Origin: an uncultured Thermoprotei archaeon
Lineage (GTDB): Archaea; Thermoproteota; Thermoprotei; Thermofilales; B15-G2
Assembly (NCBI GenBank): GCA_965367815.1
Contig: CBDUKN010000006.1
Span: 41,391 to 105,390, forward strand
DNA length: 64,000 bases
Direction of reading: 5' to 3'
This document shows, piece after piece, positions 59,303 through 64,000 of this stretch. Each line of letters starts with the position of its first letter. The stretch's first letter is position 1. The position numbers were made by a program, and so were the translations under genes. The notes beneath the pieces are model-generated. The model worked only from the letters and a program-made list of their open reading frames with translations. It did not search any database and was not told the DNA's origin.

Positions 59303-60229
59303 TTAGTTTACTTTAATTGAGAGTATTTCTTCATCTTTATGGCTTCTAGATTTTACTAAATACCCTGATTCATTAAATGTTTCTTCTAGTAGAATAATTA
59401 TGCTACTCCTGCCTTCGAAGGAAATATCTAGTATTTGTCCTACAGCCATTGAGCAGAGCCCATACTTTATTTTAAGTTTCTGTACGTGAGCTCAGCAACC
59501 TTTACTCCGTTCTTTCTCTACTTCAGGGCTCCACCTTCCCCAGTAAATAACGGGATTTACTAGAATATTTGCTCCCATTTGCTTTAATTCACGTAAATAA
59601 TTGTAGTTAAAGCAGTCTTCTCCAATAGCTACTCCAAGCAAACCTATGTCGAGTTTAATTAAGTTTATTTTATTTGAAGAAGAGGCTTCAAGAAATCTGT
59701 CTAGAGCACCGAGAACTCTTTTTGCTGAATGCCCACGACTCTACCTTTAGTGTTGAAGACAAAGCAAGTATTGTAGACTTTGTACCCAGTCAAAGTGATT
59801 TTTGAGCCTAGTTTATGAACTTCGGGAATCAGAATTGTTCTGACAACGATATTAGTTTTGTAGATTTTAGCTAGTCTGCTAAATACACTAATGTATGTGT
59901 TTAACATTTCCTTGCTTTTCTTTACCTTAAGAAAAGCAATCCACCTTCTAGCTTTAACCCATATTTTGAGGAGTAAAGAATAGTTGTCTCTAACCATTTT
60001 TCTTAGAGCTACTTGAAGCGAATTCGCTGTTTTCACGATATTTTCCTCACCTAAAGATACTAGGAATGAACCTATGTTTTCGGGAAAACTACTATTGTGT
60101 CTTCGCCGAGTTTTATTTTCGAGTCAGCTAGAGCAAGTACTCGCTCCATTTGCTTCTAAATGTTTCTTCAGAGAGGTAGTAAGTTTCATTAAGCTTGAAC
60201 TGTACTACGACTATTTTCTTAAGTCCCAT
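59303..60229 (-). pseudogene. Nitrilase/carbon-nitrogen hydrolase-family remnant
   Basis: Pieces MGLKKIVVVQFK, VFPE, YNTCFVFN..G, LGVAIGEDCF, GANILVNP lie across several frames and stops. Confidence 0.75.
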
Positions 60230-60287
60230 GTATCCGAGAAATATGTGTAAGTTACAGTATACTAAGATAATTCCTGAAAAATCCTAT

Positions 60288-61286
60288 TTATTCTCGAGTA
60301 GGGGATTCATAGAGAAGAACTCTATCTACTTCGTAGTTTAAGCCTAACTCCGATGAGGGGTCTACTGCCTCAATGAATATGAGAAATCTTTCTTTAAATG
60401 GGTCGTAGACAATATCGCAGTATCCGTGAACAGGGTAGTCTTTTCGCTCGTAAGGTGACTGAGGCTCCCATCTACCTTTAAATAGTGTTTCAAGTCGTTT
60501 CTCACGATAATTGAGCAAGTAAGCTACAAAAGTGTCTGTATAGCCTCCTCCTCTAGTCACGTAGAGTGTTTCGAATCCTAGAAGAATAGGACCTAGTGTT
60601 CCAGCAAATATTTTTCCGCCTAGAAAGAAGTAGTGTGGTTGACGCCCATTATCTAAGCCTAATACACCTAGTTTTCTCCAATTAATGCCGTCGCTACTTA
60701 CAGCTAGAGCCATATTAACTCTAACCCCGTCGTTAACCTTGTATACAGCAAAGTAGACACCGTCAATAATGTCTATTATGGCGTCTCTAGCCTCCTTCAC
60801 CTCATAAAGGTGCTCTCTTCTGAGAACAAGTCCTCTGGGCTCCCAAGGCCCCCTAGGGTCGTCAGCTACTAAAAGTAGAGTGTCCCAGCCAGGATAAGGT
60901 GGCTGCTGGAGATCTACAGCTACGTATAGATAATATTTGCCTGTAAGCGGGTCTTTTAGAAGCTGCTGTCCTTCAATGCTAGCTATATTCAAGCCTGTAC
61001 TCTCCTTAAGCTCCTCTCTAGTAATAGTCGCTACTAAAGAATAGTCTTCGCCGTTAATAGACCTATATATTTCGATAGCATAGCCTCTAACAGGCACTGC
61101 CTTACGGGGCCTTGTAGTCAGCCAGAACTCCTCGTTCTCGTAATCTACTAGAACTTTACCTGCTCCACGCCACGAGCCGGGATTATAGTCGGGTGGCTCT
61201 AAGACAATTTTCTTGAACTTCTTTTTCCTTAAAATTGCTTGAGGAGGATAAAATCCTGACCAGATTCCTTTGCTGGCTAAAATCAT
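60288..61286 (-). CDS. Putative five-bladed beta-propeller glycosidase-like protein
   Basis: RSINGEDY, ARD, AVSSDGINW blade motifs. Confidence 0.6.
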   Translation of the reverse strand: MILASKGIWSGFYPPQAILRKKKFKKIVLEPPDYNPGSWRGAGKVLVDYENEEFWLTTRPRKAVPVRGYAIEIYRSINGEDYSLVATITREELKESTGLNIASIEGQQLLKDPLTGKYYLYVAVDLQQPPYPGWDTLLLVADDPRGPWEPRGLVLRREHLYEVKEARDAIIDIIDGVYFAVYKVNDGVRVNMALAVSSDGINWRKLGVLGLDNGRQPHYFFLGGKIFAGTLGPILLGFETLYVTRGGGYTDTFVAYLLNYREKRLETLFKGRWEPQSPYERKDYPVHGYCDIVYDPFKERFLIFIEAVDPSSELGLNYEVDRVLLYESPTRE

Positions 61287-61343
61287 AGTCTCCAGTACTT
61301 TCTGTAAAAATTAAGTATTTATAGCTTGACTTGAAGTAGAACG

Positions 61344-61853
61344 CTACTGTACAGTAACTTTATCTACATAGGGTTCAGATAGAATCTCCATAATAGCGTC
61401 TCCAGGTATTTCTCCTTCGACAATAATGTAGAGCTTCGGCTCTTCGTGGAGCTTGGGGTCTTCGGCGATAACCTGTACAATATTTATTTTCCGCTTAGCT
61501 AGAATAGAAGTAATAGTCGCTATTATGCCGGGCTGGTCTCTAGTAGGAACTATTACGAGGCACCTGTAGCCGAGTATTTTAGCAACATCTTTTAAGAAGG
61601 GGCCAGCGGGCTTGAGTTTCTCGAAAAACTCTCTAAGTTTATTATTTCTCAATATTTCTTCAACACACTTCTTCACAGTCCTCCTATCAGTACTGCTTGC
61701 ACGAGCTACTGAAGTATAAGGTATTTCGAGTTCTCCGCAGAAAATCCTTCCACTACTATCTATTCTGAGACCATAGCTCAACATTAATTTAACAACTTTC
61801 ATTTTAGCAGAAGACCTCTTAAATACTCTATTTATTTCACTCCAGATAGACAT
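61344..61853 (-). CDS. ACT-domain regulator of amino-acid metabolism (COG2150-like)
   Basis: KVVKLMLSYGL...IARA..DRRTV; C-terminal QPGIIA...INIVQVIAEDP. Confidence 0.88.
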   Translation of the reverse strand: MSIWSEINRVFKRSSAKMKVVKLMLSYGLRIDSSGRIFCGELEIPYTSVARASSTDRRTVKKCVEEILRNNKLREFFEKLKPAGPFLKDVAKILGYRCLVIVPTRDQPGIIATITSILAKRKINIVQVIAEDPKLHEEPKLYIIVEGEIPGDAIMEILSEPYVDKVTVQ

Positions 61854-61956
61854 TCACAATATACATCTAAAAAAGATATTTAAGCTTAGCTATAAAAAGA
61901 TACGTTAATTTAAAATAATTAACAATAGCTACTTATATAGAGCAAGCATCTAGTAT

Positions 61957-62015
61957 TCTGGGTGATGAACCCGACCACTACTGAGAGGTGACGAAAGGGT
62001 AGGTTTCTGACCAGA
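61957..62015 (+). ncRNA. Box C/D methylation guide sRNA (likely 16S rRNA double guide)
   Basis: Terminal stem TCTGG/CCAGA; C GTGATGA, guide ACCCGACCACTA, D' CTGA, C' GTGACGA, guide AAGGGTAGGTTT, D CTGA; TATA-like CTTATATA ~25 bp upstream. Confidence 0.92.
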
Positions 62016-62125
62016 GTGTCTCTCACTCAGACTTCTTCGCTGTTGAAGTGAGCCTCTTGAGTGATTTTATACTTATATGAAAAGGCTTATACGTTTTCCT
62101 AGTACACATAGAGTAGGCGTAACTT

Positions 62126-62500
62126 ATGGAATATAAGAAAGCACTAGCACAGGCTTTGAAAGAAAGAGGATACAGAGTAGTAGTCGACGCTGAAGTAGAA
62201 GGAGAAAGTGGAATCGTTCATAAAATACCTATCTTAGTAGTATTAGGTGGAAAAAAGTATATTGGATTTGAAATTGCTGAAGGTGAAGACGTAGAAAGCG
62301 CCGTAATTAAGTGTTTTATCAAAATAGTAGATGTCTCGGAGATACCGTTTTATCTTCTTGTCGAGAAGAAAGTTTTTCATGAAATGCTAGATAATCTCTG
62401 TAGTCCTAGAATCATAGTATTTGATAACCTTGAAGATCTTTTAACTAAGGTCGAAAAAATAATTTCTCGTCAACTCGCAACTCTAAAACCTGCCGAGTAG
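62126..62500 (+). CDS. Restriction-endonuclease-fold (Mrr-like) small protein
   Basis: V.GESGIVH.I.I pattern typical of archaeal Mrr-like domains. Confidence 0.55.
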   Translation: MEYKKALAQALKERGYRVVVDAEVEGESGIVHKIPILVVLGGKKYIGFEIAEGEDVESAVIKCFIKIVDVSEIPFYLLVEKKVFHEMLDNLCSPRIIVFDNLEDLLTKVEKIISRQLATLKPAE

Positions 62501-62538
62501 TGCGCTAAAGTTTTTTCCGCTAAGCACTAACAGTATAT

Positions 62539-63186
62539 GTGAGTAAGTATTTGCTTGAGTTTAGAGGATTGACTCTAGTTTACTACATACCTGTCGAGAA
62601 AGTAGAAAATTTCCTTTTAAGCGGAGTTACTCCTGTTGTTAGAAGAAATAAAGTAAGACTTTATGTTCAAGTGCTTGAGTCGGTTAGTCTTTCAGGCAAA
62701 GGTGTTGAAGGCCTGAAGGTAAGAGAACTCAACTACATGATTGAAGCTAAGTATAGTGGTCGTAAGGGATATTACGCTGTTAAATTGTATGCTGACAATC
62801 CACAGTACGTAGAGTGGGGAGTTTCGCAAGGTTTTCTTAAGACTTTAGCTGATATAAGTTACCGAGAAGAAAGAAATAGAGTATTCTGTAGCGCGAAGAA
62901 AAATAATAAGGTTTTAGCGCGTATAGAAGCAGATGTTGACATTGGTCTGCTGAGTTCATTTAAAGGAAAACTCTATCCTAGTGTTCTCTCGCTCATATTT
63001 CTGAATAATTTTATTGGAGTAAAAGAAAAGAAGTGTGAAGTGCTACCTATAAAGCTCAGAGCCAGTGTTCTTCCAGCTAGAATAAGTTACATGGATTTAG
63101 CTGAGCTTGAAGAACTCGGCTTACTAGGTGAAGAAAAACCATCTTATGTTTTCTACGTTAAGCGAATTGTTTTAGAGATCTTGTAA
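62539..63186 (+). CDS. Acetoacetate decarboxylase/DUF2071-like protein
   Basis: Y.IP.E.V...L..GV.P, ELNY, G...GF.K pattern. Confidence 0.55.
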   Translation: MSKYLLEFRGLTLVYYIPVEKVENFLLSGVTPVVRRNKVRLYVQVLESVSLSGKGVEGLKVRELNYMIEAKYSGRKGYYAVKLYADNPQYVEWGVSQGFLKTLADISYREERNRVFCSAKKNNKVLARIEADVDIGLLSSFKGKLYPSVLSLIFLNNFIGVKEKKCEVLPIKLRASVLPARISYMDLAELEELGLLGEEKPSYVFYVKRIVLEIL

Positions 63187-63216
63187 AAGGACTATATATG
63201 GTCTTTTTCCTCAATA

Positions 63217-63568
63217 TTGATGGATGAAAAGACTTTAAGTCTTGAAAGCAGAGTCCTAGCGTTTGTTGCATGGGCTTTAAATATTGTAGGAGCTATTATT
63301 GCGTTACTAGTTGCTACAGATAGCAGTAAGTATGTTAAACAGCACGCTATTCAGAGCTTTATTTTCTACATAATATGCGCTATTTTAGCAGTTTTAATTA
63401 AAGTGGCGTCAATATTCAGGCTACCTGCACCCTGTTCGCTCGCAGAATCGGTACTCTACTTTACTTCCTTTCGTAGTAGGGCTTGTGCGTGCAGTTAAAG
63501 CATATGGAGGTTCAGCATTCAGGTTTCCACTGGTTTACAGGATAGCTAAAGCACTAAAGCTGCTTTAA
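63217..63568 (+). pseudogene. DUF4870-like small membrane protein, frameshifted
   Basis: YVKQHAIQS; the alternative frame after ~63450 gives ...AVKAYGGSAFRFPLV...*. Confidence 0.65.
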
Positions 63569-63596
63569 GCAGTAGTCTTTTATTTGTATTGAAGTA

Positions 63597-64000
63597 ATGC
63601 AGCTAGTGCTGATAGTAGCTAATCACTGTCATTTATCTGTTAAAAAAGGCGAGAGACCCGAAGACCTCATAAGAGACCTCGATAAATACGGTATAGCTAA
63701 AGCAGTAGTTTATCCTCCTATACCGCCAATAAGCGATAAAATTCGGAAACATTTTCCTGGAGAAAACCAAAATAAGTGGGTAGCTAAGGTATGCCGAGAA
63801 TACGAAGACAGACTTATTCCCTGGGCTACAGTAGATCTATCTAAGGATCTTGTTCAGCAAGCTGAAGAAGCATATGAATTAGAGTGCCGAGGCTTCAAAA
63901 TGCATCCGCAGGGCCAAGGCTTTAAGCTACTAGGCTCTAAGCTAACTAAGTTCTTCGAAAAACTAGAGGAACTGAAAATGCCAGTTCTCTTCCACACAGG
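63597..64000 (+). CDS. Amidohydrolase family 2 protein (runs off window)
   Basis: Manual translation: NHCH, LDKYGIAKAVV, RLIPWATVD, GFKMHP, PVLFHTG. Confidence 0.88.
   Translation, partial: MQLVLIVANHCHLSVKKGERPEDLIRDLDKYGIAKAVVYPPIPPISDKIRKHFPGENQNKWVAKVCREYEDRLIPWATVDLSKDLVQQAEEAYELECRGFKMHPQGQGFKLLGSKLTKFFEKLEELKMPVLFHT

Noticed and set aside
62023-62064. Imperfect hairpin (TCACTCA…TGAGTGA) after the C/D sRNA as a possible H/ACA RNA
   Set aside because: No K-turn motif or ACA box found.

Overview
AT-rich archaeal chromosomal DNA, most consistent with a thermophilic, heterotrophic Thermoproteota (Thermofilaceae-like) genome. Support for this comes from Cdc48, geranylgeranyl reductase, a KaiC-like ATPase, paREP-like and V4R proteins, TATA promoters and box C/D sRNAs. 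The window is mostly ordinary metabolism and transport: nadA, an NAD kinase-HTH fusion, Zn/Mn and amino-acid ABC transporters, sugar isomerases/oxidoreductases, MFS and antiporters. It also holds three decayed VapBC modules, one MNT-HEPN pair and about 12 frameshifted or nonsense pseudogenes. Three box C/D guide RNAs missed by the ORF track were read directly from the sequence. The most unusual element is an intact ~9.5 kb cluster (21.8-31.25 kb). It encodes a Cdc48 AAA+ ATPase, a stand-alone I9-like inhibitor, a signal-peptide-less subtilase with a hydrophobic helix and helical tail, two paralogous helical proteins of an unknown family flanking these, an FHA protein and a large Ig-like multidomain protein. 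It is a candidate undescribed unfoldase/protease membrane-remodelling or defence system. No rRNA, tRNA, CRISPR array or transposase was seen. All assignments come from motif recognition by eye; no database searches were run.
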